From assembly GCA_964650255.1 (NCBI GenBank), contig CAZYQT010000004.1, positions 6,501 through 70,500 of the forward strand: a DNA stretch of 64,000 nt, in the 5' to 3' direction. A program made the translations under genes and the position numbers. The notes below the pieces were generated by a model that saw only the letters and a program-made list of their open reading frames with translations, did no database searches and had not been told where the DNA came from. Below, in pieces: positions 10,076-20,446 of this stretch (positions are counted from its first letter, which is position 1; each line of letters opens with the position of its first letter). The DNA comes from an uncultured Candidatus Saccharibacteria bacterium. Its GTDB lineage: Bacteria > Patescibacteriota > Doudnabacteria > UBA920.

Positions 10076-10657
10076 TTAGACGTCCAGCGCCGCATTTATG
10101 CGATCAGTAATTTCTTGAATTGTGCCAACGCCATCTATAGTATGTAGATCACCAATACCTTCTAAGAACTTTAGCACTGGCTTTGTTTCTTTATCATAAG
10201 TATCCAGCCGAAAGTTGATTTTTTCTGGAGTGTCATCTGTTCGGAACTCATGATGAGCGCGCTCAAGCAAACGCTTCACCGATTCCTCGCGAGGAACATC
10301 AATGTGAATAGCAGCAAACTGTTTGTAACCATTCTGGCCCAGATAATTGATTAAATGCAGGCCCTGCGGCACAGTGCGCGGCACACCATCAAACAACAAC
10401 CGTTTGTGCTTAATTACTTCAGGAAGTTCGGTATTTAAAACGCGGAATAGTTCTTCATCTTCAAGTAGTTTGCCATTATCAATTAAATCTTTAACTTTAC
10501 GGCCAAATGGTGTGCCTTTCTTGGCTTCCTCGCGCAAGATAGCACCCATTTCCCAATAAAAATAGCCCAGACGCTCAGCCAGAACTTTTCCTTGAGTTCC
10601 TTTTCCTGAACCTTGCGGCCCGATCATGAATATAGCGTCGTATTTTGGTATGTCCAT
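10076..10657 (-). CDS. adk: Adenylate kinase (short lid)
   Basis: GPQGSGKGTQ, FDGVPRT, RTDD; start moved to ATG 10657, 7 nt after a TATAAT. Confidence 0.85.
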   Translation of the reverse strand: MDIPKYDAIFMIGPQGSGKGTQGKVLAERLGYFYWEMGAILREEAKKGTPFGRKVKDLIDNGKLLEDEELFRVLNTELPEVIKHKRLLFDGVPRTVPQGLHLINYLGQNGYKQFAAIHIDVPREESVKRLLERAHHEFRTDDTPEKINFRLDTYDKETKPVLKFLEGIGDLHTIDGVGTIQEITDRINAALDV

Positions 10658-10768
10658 TGCCATAATTATAAAGTTTTTACAGCCTTTCTGCAAATTAAGT
10701 GAAACAGTGCGCTGAGTAACTAATTATGGTATAATATAAAAAATTTCTAACGAAACTAAAACAAAAAC

Positions 10769-12490
10769 ATGAACCAGATGTTCCTGGAACTCACCGGCAT
10801 TCTGATTGTCGCGGGAATCATTGCTTATGTGCTTCACTTTTTAAGGCAACCTAGCATTATTGCTTACATAATTACCGGTTTACTGATCGGCCCTTTTGCA
10901 TTGTATCGTTTGCAACACGGAGAAATTTTACACAGCCTTTCGGAAATTGGTATCACACTCCTGTTGTTCATGGTGGGGCTAGATCTAGATATCTCCCAAC
11001 TAAAAAAAATTGGCAAATCTGCGGTCCTAGCAGGGGTTGGTCAGGTTATTTTCACCTGCGCTGCTGGTTTTGGCATTGTGACTCTGCTCGGCTTTTCTCT
11101 AGTACCGGCGATATATATTTCCCTGGCACTAACTTTTTCATCAACGATTATTGTAGTGAAGCTGTTGTCGGAAAAGAAGGATATGCAAAGCTTGTATGGC
11201 AAGCTAGCAGTGGGAATTTTTTTAGTCCAAGATATCGTTGCAATATTTACACTAGTTTTAGTTTCCAGTTTTACCAATACTGGCGCTACTGTACTGACTA
11301 GTTCTGGAATATACGGCAGCATCATATTAAGCCTAGCCAAAGCTTTTATGATCGGTGTGGTTGTGATCACCTTGAGTCGAGTGGTTTTTCCACGGTTACT
11401 AAAAACTTTAACCAAATCCGATGAGCTAACCTTGCTCTTTTCCTTAGGATGGGCTTTGGGCTTAGCATCGCTGTTCAGCTCCTCTTTTATTGGCTTTAAC
11501 GCTGCCATAGGTGGGTTTGTGGCAGGTCTTGCATTGGCAAATACTGGTGCTCATTACCAAATTAGCGGGCGAATTAAACCTCTCCGAGACTTCTTTATAA
11601 TTATTTTCTTTATTGTCTTGGGTTCGCAATTAGTGTTTACAGAAATCCATGCGGCGATTTTTCCGGCGCTCATACTGACGGTCTTTGTGCTTATTGGCAA
11701 CCCGCTAATTGTCACTATTATCTTAGGATTTCTGGGTTACAAGCTGCGGACTTCGTTTATGACTGGGGTTACGGTAGCGCAAATTTCTGAATTTAGTTTA
11801 ATCCTAATGACATTGGCCCAAGCTTCTGGTAGCGTAACCGAAACGCATGTTACCATCGTCACTCTTGTCGGAATTACCACAATCGGTATCTCATCATACG
11901 GAATTTTATTTTCTAATAGGCTATACGAGAAGTTAATCAGCCGAGTTGCGCAATTCTTTGAAGGGCGCACCAAACCAACCGAACGTGCGCTGGGTGACAC
12001 TGTGTACAAAAGACATATTTTAGTAGTAGGTGCGCATCGCTTAGGGGCCCACATGATTAACGCTCTAATAAAACAAAAAGAGCAATTTATTGTTGTTGAT
12101 TTTAACCCAGACGTTACCAGCCACTACGAAGAACAAGGCATACCAGCAGTTTGCGGAGACATTTCCGACCCGTATATCCAGGAAGTAGTAAATTTAGAGG
12201 ATGCCAGAATGATAATTTGTACTATCCCCGACTTCCATGACACCCTCGCTTTAATCGAGGCTGTTCGAAATAACTTCCGAAAACGTCCTAAACTAATAGT
12301 GGCGGCAAGTGACGAAGAAGAGGCTTTAGAACTTTATAACAAAGGGGCTGGCTATGTATTGTTGCCCCACTTCGTTGGAGCCATGCATTTAGTGCATGTA
12401 GTTGAGCAGAGCGCCGATGCCCGCAGTCTAGCTAAACTCAAAGATCGCCATCTTAAAACCTTACAACGATCCATCAAGTCCACTACATAG
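10769..12490 (+). CDS. CPA2/Kef-type cation:proton antiporter with TrkA-N (RCK) domain
   Basis: About 13 TM, FSSTIIVVK, LVQD, AQISEFS, C-terminal Rossmann-like VVGAHRLG. Confidence 0.9.
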   Translation: MNQMFLELTGILIVAGIIAYVLHFLRQPSIIAYIITGLLIGPFALYRLQHGEILHSLSEIGITLLLFMVGLDLDISQLKKIGKSAVLAGVGQVIFTCAAGFGIVTLLGFSLVPAIYISLALTFSSTIIVVKLLSEKKDMQSLYGKLAVGIFLVQDIVAIFTLVLVSSFTNTGATVLTSSGIYGSIILSLAKAFMIGVVVITLSRVVFPRLLKTLTKSDELTLLFSLGWALGLASLFSSSFIGFNAAIGGFVAGLALANTGAHYQISGRIKPLRDFFIIIFFIVLGSQLVFTEIHAAIFPALILTVFVLIGNPLIVTIILGFLGYKLRTSFMTGVTVAQISEFSLILMTLAQASGSVTETHVTIVTLVGITTIGISSYGILFSNRLYEKLISRVAQFFEGRTKPTERALGDTVYKRHILVVGAHRLGAHMINALIKQKEQFIVVDFNPDVTSHYEEQGIPAVCGDISDPYIQEVVNLEDARMIICTIPDFHDTLALIEAVRNNFRKRPKLIVAASDEEEALELYNKGAGYVLLPHFVGAMHLVHVVEQSADARSLAKLKDRHLKTLQRSIKSTT

Positions 12491-12534
12491 CCGCCCTGAT
12501 AGCCTGAGGCGGCTTTTTTTGATACAATCTGTCT

Positions 12535-13881
12535 ATGTTTAACCTCTACAATACACTCACCCGCAAAATTGAACCGATCGAACCTACTGACGGCAAAACC
12601 ATCAATCTCTACACTTGTGGCCCAACGGTTTACAATTTTGTGCATATTGGGAATTTGCGCTCGTACATTGCAGCCGATTTGCTTTATCGTGCACTGGTTT
12701 ACAATGGCTACGATGTAAAATATGTCATGAATATTACAGATGTTGACGACAAGACTATAAAAGGTGCGATTGAAGAATTTGGCCCTGAAGCTACTGTGCA
12801 AAATTTACATGAATTTACTACGCGCTATTTGGAAGCTTTTCTGGAAGATTTAGGAGCGGTTAATATTGATGCAAACAACATTCGCATGATTCGCGTGTCA
12901 GAAGTAATTCCGGAAATTCAAGCTTTCATTTTAGAGCTTATTGAAAAAGGCTATGCCTACCAAACCGATGACGGGGTTTACTTTAGTATCGAAAAGTACC
13001 AAGCGGATTTTCACGACTACGGCGCTTTGGTCGGAGAAAAATTTCTTGATGGCAAAAAAATTGGTGCCCGCGTTGCTGTTGATGAATACGACAAGGACAA
13101 TTTGTCGGACTTTGCGCTTTGGAAAAAACACACCGATGCTGATGCAAACATTTTTTGGGATCACCCAACTTTAGGTAAAGGCCGCCCTGGTTGGCATATT
13201 GAGTGTTCGGTAATTAACAAAGTTGGTTTTGGCAATAGCGCGATAGATATTCACACTGGTGGTGTTGATTTAATTTTCCCTCATCATACCAATGAGATTG
13301 CTCAGTCGCAACCACTGGGTCCATTTGTAAAACACTGGTTCCATGGCGAGCACTTGCAGGTGGCGGATGAAAAAATGGCCAAGTCCAAGAAAAACTTTTT
13401 CACACTTCGTGATATCGAAGAAAGAGGTTTTTCTGGCTTAGACTTGCGTTACACATTCCTACAAAGCCATTACCAAACTCAAAGCAACTTTACATGGGAA
13501 GCCTTGGAAGCTTCGCATGCGGCTTTAACAAAGTTAAAAAATACTGCAAAGACTTTGTCACAATCCGATACAAGTGATTCCGAAACAAATGACCCAGCTT
13601 TTACCAATAACTTAAACGATAATTTAAATATCCCAAAGGCCCTAGCTACTGCTTGGGAAAATAAATCTAACCTACTTGAGTACGATACAGTTCTTGGCCT
13701 TGGCTTAAGCGATTCAAGCCACCTGGAAGTGCCAGATGAAATTCAAGTCCTATTGAACGAAAGGCAAATGGCCCGCGACAATAAGGACTTTGCGAGATCC
13801 GACGAGCTCCGCGACAAGATTGCCACCCTAGGTTTTGAAGTTAAAGACACTAGTGAGGGGCAACAAATAAATCAGATATAA
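12535..13881 (+). CDS. cysS: Cysteine--tRNA ligase
   Basis: YTCGPTVY, HIGN, GRPGWHIECS, DLIFPHHTNE, KMAKS. Confidence 0.98.
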   Translation: MFNLYNTLTRKIEPIEPTDGKTINLYTCGPTVYNFVHIGNLRSYIAADLLYRALVYNGYDVKYVMNITDVDDKTIKGAIEEFGPEATVQNLHEFTTRYLEAFLEDLGAVNIDANNIRMIRVSEVIPEIQAFILELIEKGYAYQTDDGVYFSIEKYQADFHDYGALVGEKFLDGKKIGARVAVDEYDKDNLSDFALWKKHTDADANIFWDHPTLGKGRPGWHIECSVINKVGFGNSAIDIHTGGVDLIFPHHTNEIAQSQPLGPFVKHWFHGEHLQVADEKMAKSKKNFFTLRDIEERGFSGLDLRYTFLQSHYQTQSNFTWEALEASHAALTKLKNTAKTLSQSDTSDSETNDPAFTNNLNDNLNIPKALATAWENKSNLLEYDTVLGLGLSDSSHLEVPDEIQVLLNERQMARDNKDFARSDELRDKIATLGFEVKDTSEGQQINQI

Positions 13882-13930
13882 AAAAATAAAGGTCCGAAGG
13901 GGCCTTTATTCATAAGTGATCTTGTCATGT

Positions 13931-14302
13931 TCATTGCGGCTCAAGGCAGGAGACATTGCGGGCAATGTTTCTTACTTCGGAATTCGCAAGAGTATTTTGG
14001 TCGTACTCAATTCGGCAAATCTTGCCTACTATGCTTTTTCCGAGAGCACTTTGATTTTCAAAACGGATGCTCCCCTGTCCCTCAAAAGTCACTACTGAAG
14101 TAACGTGAAGTGGTTTATAATCTGTTTTGTTGACCATCCTTAGGATCAAACCAGAGATTACTTTCTTCTGTGTGGTTACGTTCGGTGATTCCATCGGAGC
14201 AACAGTGCTATTTTGTGGTAGCTCCACCCGATTCGATTGCTTGCTTAAGCAGCAACTCGAAAATAAAACAACTAAAATTACAAAAGCTAAAGCAATTCGC
14301 AT
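13931..14302 (-). CDS. ORFan putative lipoprotein
   Basis: Signal peptide ending LFSSCC; own TTGACG-17-TATAAT promoter (14346-14374) and GGGGA SD. Confidence 0.6.
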   Translation of the reverse strand: MRIALAFVILVVLFSSCCLSKQSNRVELPQNSTVAPMESPNVTTQKKVISGLILRMVNKTDYKPLHVTSVVTFEGQGSIRFENQSALGKSIVGKICRIEYDQNTLANSEVRNIARNVSCLEPQ

Positions 14303-14463
14303 AACTGTTCATCATCCCCTTTTAAATTGTTGTGAAGTTTTTGCAATTATATGACATTTTATGCCTTCCGTCAAGGACGAAATAATTCAATATTTATAAG
14401 CGCTTAAATAAAAAACTGAGGCAACTGTTTAAGTCGCCTCAAGTTTAATAAAACAAAGGTTGT

Positions 14464-15567
14464 CTAACGATTATGCTCGACTCTCAATTCGAGACCGTAC
14501 TCACTCAAGTACTGAACCACCTCTTGAAGGCAAACCCGACCAAAGTTCTTCGTGCCCATAAGGTCACGGGGTGTCCGCCTAACCAGATCAGCACCAGTGC
14601 GAATATCAGCATTAAGTAGACAGTTCGTTGTCCGTTGGGAGAAATCAAGATGCCTGGTCTCGGTGTCCAAAAATTGCTCAGTCGTAAGTTTGGCAAATTT
14701 TATTACCTTTTCCACGACCTTTTCTGACTCCGCGTCAGCCACACTTCCAAGCTCAAGATAACGATCGGCCAAAGAACTCCTGCTCGCTTTCAAAATCAAA
14801 GCGCGCTTATTGCCACGCTTTAATGAATCAAGAGCATGCCACTCGGCCGACCTAATCATACTCGCACTTACCTTGTAAATCCGGCTAAGTTCAGCGTAAG
14901 TTTTAGGGTTGCACCCAAAACCAAACCTGTGAACCAACAAACTTTTACGTTTAGGTTCAAGCATGTTCAATGCCGCATCTATCAATCTGTGGTCGACCGG
15001 ATTTTGGATTGTTGACCAACGACCGTTAATCATTTGTTCAACCACCCGAGCAAACATATCCTTAGATTGTTCAGAGATTTTTTCTCGAGCCAGAATCATG
15101 GAATCGAGCTGTTCTCTTACTGCGGTACTCAGCTTTGGAGTTTCCGATGGAAACAAAGCTTCCGCAAGATTAACATACGGGTCACTTGATGCTACCCGCT
15201 TCGGCATCGCCTGCACGATCTGGCGCCAAGCTGGTGCAAAATCATCACCAGGTCGTTCGAATTGCCAATAGTCAAAATAGAGCTTTTCGAACAACTCAGT
15301 TGCCAAATCGGCGTTGATCTTACCTTTCACCCTAATATAGGGCACTAAGTTTGATGGAGCCTGCAAGACATTGGCATAGGCCCGCAGTGTGTTAATAAAA
15401 GTGAGCGGGTATGGGATGGATGGCAGATTTAATATTCTGCGCAATTGAGCCCACCTTCTGCGCACCTCATCGCGGTTGAACTTGCCATATAGAACGATTA
15501 GGTTCATAGGCACCCCCAGGGTTATAAAACAAGATAACGAATCTCTTAATGAATCTTCCTTAGACAT
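14464..15567 (-). CDS. Fusion of unknown N-terminal domain, sigma70 region-4 HTH and RNAP alpha C-terminal domain
   Basis: HRFGFGCNPKTYAELSRIYKVSASMIRSAEWHAL is sigma4-like; LDFSQRTTNCLLNADIRTGADLV...NFGRVCLQEV is alpha-CTD-like; GGAGGAA SD supports start 15567. Confidence 0.8.
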   Translation of the reverse strand: MSKEDSLRDSLSCFITLGVPMNLIVLYGKFNRDEVRRRWAQLRRILNLPSIPYPLTFINTLRAYANVLQAPSNLVPYIRVKGKINADLATELFEKLYFDYWQFERPGDDFAPAWRQIVQAMPKRVASSDPYVNLAEALFPSETPKLSTAVREQLDSMILAREKISEQSKDMFARVVEQMINGRWSTIQNPVDHRLIDAALNMLEPKRKSLLVHRFGFGCNPKTYAELSRIYKVSASMIRSAEWHALDSLKRGNKRALILKASRSSLADRYLELGSVADAESEKVVEKVIKFAKLTTEQFLDTETRHLDFSQRTTNCLLNADIRTGADLVRRTPRDLMGTKNFGRVCLQEVVQYLSEYGLELRVEHNR

Positions 15568-15690
15568 AATTTCCTCCGTGTAGTTTGAATTTTGTACGAT
15601 TAGTACTTTTGATTTTACCAACTATACCACAAGAGTATGCGATAGTCAACTCTACCACGCTACCCAAAAATCCGCTACAATGAATAAACT

Positions 15691-17100
15691 ATGGCTACTA
15701 CAGGCAACAACTCCATAGACCGGCTGCCGCCTCAGAATCTAGAAGCAGAAACTGCTCTTTTGGGCTGTTTAATGCTAGATAAAGATGCGATTATCCAAAT
15801 TGCTGACCAAATAATAACAGATGATTTTTACGACTATCGTCACCGCCTTATTTACGAAGCAATTTTAGAATTATTTGAACGAAGCGTTTCCATCGATGTG
15901 CTTACTGTTTCCAACTCACTGGCTGAAAAGGGCCAAACAGATAAAGTCGGCGGCACCAGCTATTTAACTACATTAGTGAGCGCTGTGCCATCTGCCGCGC
16001 ACGCCACTTACTACGCCAGCATTGTTCGCAAAAAAGGCACGCTTCGTCGCTTAATTCAGTCTGCATCAGAAATTACTAACTTGGCATTCACCGAAGAAGG
16101 TGAGATTGAAAATATTTTGGATAGCGCTGAACAAAAACTGTTCAACATTTCCCAAAAGCATTTAAAGCAAAACTTTGTCTCTATTAGCAACGTGCTTCAC
16201 GAAACTTTTGAGCGCATTGATCTTTTGCACAAAGATAAAGACCAAGGTCGATTGCGAGGCCTCCCAACTGGCTTCTTCGACTTAGATAAAAAACTTGGCG
16301 GCCTGCAAAAATCTGACTTGATTATTCTTGCTGCGCGTCCTTCCATGGGTAAAACTTCTTTGGCTTTGGACATTATGCGCTACGTGGCAGTCCACACCAA
16401 AACTCCGGTAGGAATTTTCTCTTTGGAAATGAGTAAAGATCAGTTGGTGGATCGTCTACTTGCTGCACAAACCGATATTGAGTTTTGGAAAATTCGTACT
16501 GGCCAACTTGAGGATGCAGATTTTGAACGCCTTCAAGAAGGTATGGGTATGCTAGCTGACTCGCCTATTTATATTGATGACACTGCTAGCGGTAACATTA
16601 TGGAAATTCGCACCAAGGCGCGTCGTCTTCAGGCTGAACACAATTTAGGATTGATTATTGTCGACTATTTACAGTTAATGGCTGGCCGAAACACGGAAAA
16701 CCGCGTACAAGAAGTTTCTGAAATTTCTCGTTCGTTGAAGATTTTAGCTCGTGAGTTAAACGTTCCGGTATTAGCTCTATCTCAGTTGTCTCGTGGGGTG
16801 GAAAGCCGTCCAGACAAACTACCTCAGTTATCTGACCTCCGTGAATCTGGTTCGATTGAGCAAGATGCAGACATTGTTATGTTTATTTACCGCGAAGATA
16901 TGTACAAAGCTCCGGATTCTCCAGACACGGGTGTAGCGAAGATTTTAATCAAGAAACATCGTAACGGTCCGACTGGTGATATTGACCTTAACTTTGATGG
17001 CAGCAAGACCAGTTTCAGCAACCGCACAACTGCGTTCGACACAAGTCCACAAGCAGTTATGGAGACTCTGGCCACTAGCAGTGCTGAAGAAGAAATTTAA
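15691..17100 (+). CDS. dnaB: Replicative DNA helicase
   Basis: PPQNLEAE, AARPSMGKT, IVDYLQL, LSDLRESGSIEQDAD, KHRNGPTG. Confidence 0.98.
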   Translation: MATTGNNSIDRLPPQNLEAETALLGCLMLDKDAIIQIADQIITDDFYDYRHRLIYEAILELFERSVSIDVLTVSNSLAEKGQTDKVGGTSYLTTLVSAVPSAAHATYYASIVRKKGTLRRLIQSASEITNLAFTEEGEIENILDSAEQKLFNISQKHLKQNFVSISNVLHETFERIDLLHKDKDQGRLRGLPTGFFDLDKKLGGLQKSDLIILAARPSMGKTSLALDIMRYVAVHTKTPVGIFSLEMSKDQLVDRLLAAQTDIEFWKIRTGQLEDADFERLQEGMGMLADSPIYIDDTASGNIMEIRTKARRLQAEHNLGLIIVDYLQLMAGRNTENRVQEVSEISRSLKILARELNVPVLALSQLSRGVESRPDKLPQLSDLRESGSIEQDADIVMFIYREDMYKAPDSPDTGVAKILIKKHRNGPTGDIDLNFDGSKTSFSNRTTAFDTSPQAVMETLATSSAEEEI

Positions 17101-17112
17101 ACAAAATTTTTA

Positions 17113-17712
17113 ATGTTAAAACTCCCATCATCGCTTGAACGAGTGATAAATGAATTTGGCAAACTTCCTGGCATTGGGCCTAAAACTGCCCAACGCCTAG
17201 CTTTTTATTTGCTCAAAAAAGAATCTGTAGATATTAACGGCTTGTCAGATGCTGTCCGCGCTTTGAAGACAGATATTACATTTTGCACGCAGTGTCACAA
17301 TATGGCCGAAACTGATCCATGCAGTATTTGCGCAGACCAAAACCGTGACCACACTTTAATTTGCGTTGTAGAAGAACCTTTAGACGCCCTTGCTTTAGAC
17401 AAAACCGGGCAGTTCAAAGGTGTTTTCCACATTCTTGGCGGCGTTCTTAACCCAATGGAAGGGATTGGTCCAGAACAACTCAACATTGCATCGCTTCAAA
17501 AAAGAATTACTGACCTTGGTGTAAAGGAAATTATTATTGCTACTAACCCAACTCTTGAAGGTGAAACCACTGCAATGCACATTTCGAAATTTTTGAAAGA
17601 CACAGATGTGCGCGTAACCCGCATTGCCCGCGGCCTACCAATGGGCGGCGACCTCGAGTATGCAGACGAAATTACCCTATCTCGAGCACTTGAAGGGCGA
17701 AGAGAATATTAA
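17113..17712 (+). CDS. recR: Recombination mediator RecR
   Basis: LPGIGPKTAQR HhH, C4 zinc finger, Toprim ATNPTLEGE. Confidence 0.98.
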   Translation: MLKLPSSLERVINEFGKLPGIGPKTAQRLAFYLLKKESVDINGLSDAVRALKTDITFCTQCHNMAETDPCSICADQNRDHTLICVVEEPLDALALDKTGQFKGVFHILGGVLNPMEGIGPEQLNIASLQKRITDLGVKEIIIATNPTLEGETTAMHISKFLKDTDVRVTRIARGLPMGGDLEYADEITLSRALEGRREY

Positions 17713-17737
17713 AAAACCGCCAACTGGCGGTTTTTTT
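17711..17737. terminator. Bidirectional intrinsic terminator
   Basis: AAAAAACCGCCA-AC-TGGCGGTTTTTT; near-identical to the hairpin at 52932-52957. Confidence 0.85.
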
Positions 17738-17738
17738 A

Positions 17739-18809
17739 TTACAACTGCTTCGGAGTAATAGTAATAGTTATGGTTTGGCCGTTTCTCTGAACTTGAAACA
17801 CCTGCGGTTGATTTGGTGGAGTGTTGGATAGTGCGTCAACCAATAAGAAATCATCATCAATAGTTTCACTACTAATATCTGTTATAATGTCACCCTTTTG
17901 TAGTCCGCCAACTGCAGCCGGACTCCCCACAACAACAGATGTAATTTGCGCACCTGGAGTTAGCTGCAATGCGCGCGCCTCAGCAACAGACAAGTGCTTG
18001 TAACTAAAACCGTAACTAGGGCGCAAAGCTTGGTTGTTGTCGCGGAAAAAATTGTTTGCAAACAATCTGATAGCATCAGCCCCAAGCACATCTGTTCCAT
18101 CCCACATTCCGGCCAGCTTGCCGCTTAAGTCTATAGCGGCTTGACCTGGTGCCAGGACTCCAACAGGCTGAATACTTATTGTGCGCTGGTCTCTATCGCT
18201 ATTAAATTCCTTACCAGAGACATCTGCAGAATAAGCGTGCATGTAGCTTTCTAAGAAAGTGGACTTATTTTGCGCCATAGCATTTAAGATTAACAGAATT
18301 TTTTCACCTGGCCTTAAATCTGCGCCGCTGACTGGTTCAATTGTAGATAAATTATTTGCATCGGTGTCGAGCATTACCAAGTTCGTAGCTGTGTCTGGAT
18401 AAGCTTTTTTAACCGGATAAATATCGCCGTTATTAAGAATAACTGCATAAGTTTTATTGGGTACAGGCAAAGCGGATTTCGATGTGACAAAATAACCATC
18501 CGCAGTCCAATTAATTGCCCCACCTGACAAAACAACCTTAGCATTTGACCCAGTGCCATCGTAATACACGACTAAAGACAACTTAGATTTTACTGCACTT
18601 GCCGTTTCTACCGCATCATTGGCATCACTAACGCGCACTGTTTCGCGGTTGGTAACAACGATTGGCGCCCGTGGGTTAAATACATTCCAATTACGCAGAC
18701 CTGGAAGCGTAGCCAGTCGGGCAGACAAAAAATTTCCAAACAGAATCTGTACAGCCAAAGCAATCAAGCTAGCGACTAAAATAACAATAACGATTTTATA
18801 TTTGCGCAT
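17739..18809 (-). CDS. HtrA/DegP-like protein with PDZ domain, catalytic motifs degenerate
   Basis: N-terminal TM, trypsin-like fold, PDZ GSPAAVGGLQKGDII; VTSK replaces TNxH and LAPGQA replaces GNSGG. Confidence 0.75.
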   Translation of the reverse strand: MRKYKIVIVILVASLIALAVQILFGNFLSARLATLPGLRNWNVFNPRAPIVVTNRETVRVSDANDAVETASAVKSKLSLVVYYDGTGSNAKVVLSGGAINWTADGYFVTSKSALPVPNKTYAVILNNGDIYPVKKAYPDTATNLVMLDTDANNLSTIEPVSGADLRPGEKILLILNAMAQNKSTFLESYMHAYSADVSGKEFNSDRDQRTISIQPVGVLAPGQAAIDLSGKLAGMWDGTDVLGADAIRLFANNFFRDNNQALRPSYGFSYKHLSVAEARALQLTPGAQITSVVVGSPAAVGGLQKGDIITDISSETIDDDFLLVDALSNTPPNQPQVFQVQRNGQTITITITPKQL

Positions 18810-18814
18810 AAAAA

Positions 18815-19564
18815 TTAAGTTTGAATACTCCACGGCGTAGAAATAAACATTATCAGAGCCAAAGTTAATGCTAACACCAAATGGAATTGAACTTGTTTCC
18901 GTGTGAGGGTTTTATATAAGTAATGATAGTAAATAATCCAAAGAACGTACAGTAAGTTAAAAGTAAAGATGGCTAAAGCGCTGTAATGAAGCGGTAGGAA
19001 ACTAACTGCCCAAAATAATTCAGTGACAAAAAGGCCTAAGGACAAAGACGCGATCCACTTAATTAAGGGTGGGTCTGGAACTAATTCAAAGCTGGAACGT
19101 ACTAAAACCGACACACTCACAAAGACAATGAATAAATATAACACCCCGGGCAAAAGAAAATAATAACTAGAGCCAAAGATGGTTAAAAGCAACGCGGCGC
19201 TGGTTAATAAAAATTCATTCCACCCTAATTGCTGGCCAGTATTCCCAGCCAAACTTTCGAAGAAAAAAATAATGGGCACGCTTATGAGTAAAAACAAACC
19301 GCGTCCTACCCCGGATGGAATTAAAAAGAAAATCCCAAACCAAGTTACCAAAAAGTAAGGCAAGCGCAACCACACCCAAACATTCCATTGCTCCTGCTTG
19401 CGCATGTACCATCGGTTATAAAGAGCTACCGACACTACAAACAATGTAAATGCAACGACCATAAATCGAAACACAGGATTTGGGGAAGCATAAATTTGCG
19501 CACTCACCAAAAATAGGATTGCTATAACTGCACTGATTATTAAATGTAGACGTTTTAGAGACAT
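18815..19564 (-). CDS. Multi-pass membrane protein of unknown function
   Basis: About 9 TM, ELFWAVSFLP motif; co-oriented between lgt and the htrA-like gene. Confidence 0.65.
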   Translation of the reverse strand: MSLKRLHLIISAVIAILFLVSAQIYASPNPVFRFMVVAFTLFVVSVALYNRWYMRKQEQWNVWVWLRLPYFLVTWFGIFFLIPSGVGRGLFLLISVPIIFFFESLAGNTGQQLGWNEFLLTSAALLLTIFGSSYYFLLPGVLYLFIVFVSVSVLVRSSFELVPDPPLIKWIASLSLGLFVTELFWAVSFLPLHYSALAIFTFNLLYVLWIIYYHYLYKTLTRKQVQFHLVLALTLALIMFISTPWSIQT

Positions 19565-19567
19565 AAG

Positions 19568-20437
19568 TTATGTTTGAGATTTCCGATTTCGATGAATCCA
19601 CAGCACGGCCGCAAAAATGGCCAAGACCATTGCGACCACTGCATTAATGCGAATATTGGCATAGGTAATGCTCCCTACTCGCAAAAATTCCAGGAAAAAC
19701 CTCATCACATTATACAGGAATAGCCACAGTAGGAAAAGCTGCCCAGGTCGCAATTTTAAGCGTAATAATAGCATCAAAATAACGATTGACCCGGATGCTT
19801 CGTACAGAAATAATGGATGGAAAAATTGGGCATTTTCGAAAGGGGCCAAACGAAACTGCTCGGGCACAAACATTTTCCAAGGCAGGGTGGTTGGATTACC
19901 AAACAATTCGTAATTAACAAAGTTTCCAAAACGTCCAATAATTTGACCAAGAACAACGCCGGGAGTAATCCAATCCAACAATTGCATCATTGAGTATTTA
20001 GAAAAGTACTTCCGATACGCCACCAAACCAATAAAACCTCCCAAGTCTGCTCCGAAAATACTCAACCCACCATTCCATACTGCAATAATTTGCCTGGGAT
20101 GTTCGAAGTAAAATGGGGCCTCAGAAAATACATGATACAACCGTGCGCCAACAAAACCACAGACAAGCACCAAAAACAAAAGGTTGTCCGCATCGGACTT
20201 TTCTATGCGGTACTTATGCCGAAGCTTCATTAGCAACCAATACCCAGACAGAGCTGCCAACCCAATTAGCAAACCATAGTATTGCAAATGTAAGCTACCT
20301 AGAGTTAAACTTTGTGGCAATATAATTTGACCGGAAAAGATCGGTTGAAGGATTAAAACAAAGCTAAAAAAACCGACTCCTCCTAAGGCAAGAGCGGTTG
20401 CCACTACGCTGAATATTTGTTTTTTGTCTGAAATCAT
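19568..20437 (-). CDS. lgt: Prolipoprotein diacylglyceryl transferase
   Basis: YYG, GARLYHV, GGLSIFG, GRFGNFVNYE, HPLFLYE. Confidence 0.95.
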   Translation of the reverse strand: MISDKKQIFSVVATALALGGVGFFSFVLILQPIFSGQIILPQSLTLGSLHLQYYGLLIGLAALSGYWLLMKLRHKYRIEKSDADNLLFLVLVCGFVGARLYHVFSEAPFYFEHPRQIIAVWNGGLSIFGADLGGFIGLVAYRKYFSKYSMMQLLDWITPGVVLGQIIGRFGNFVNYELFGNPTTLPWKMFVPEQFRLAPFENAQFFHPLFLYEASGSIVILMLLLRLKLRPGQLFLLWLFLYNVMRFFLEFLRVGSITYANIRINAVVAMVLAIFAAVLWIHRNRKSQT

Positions 20438-20446
20438 AACAATTGA

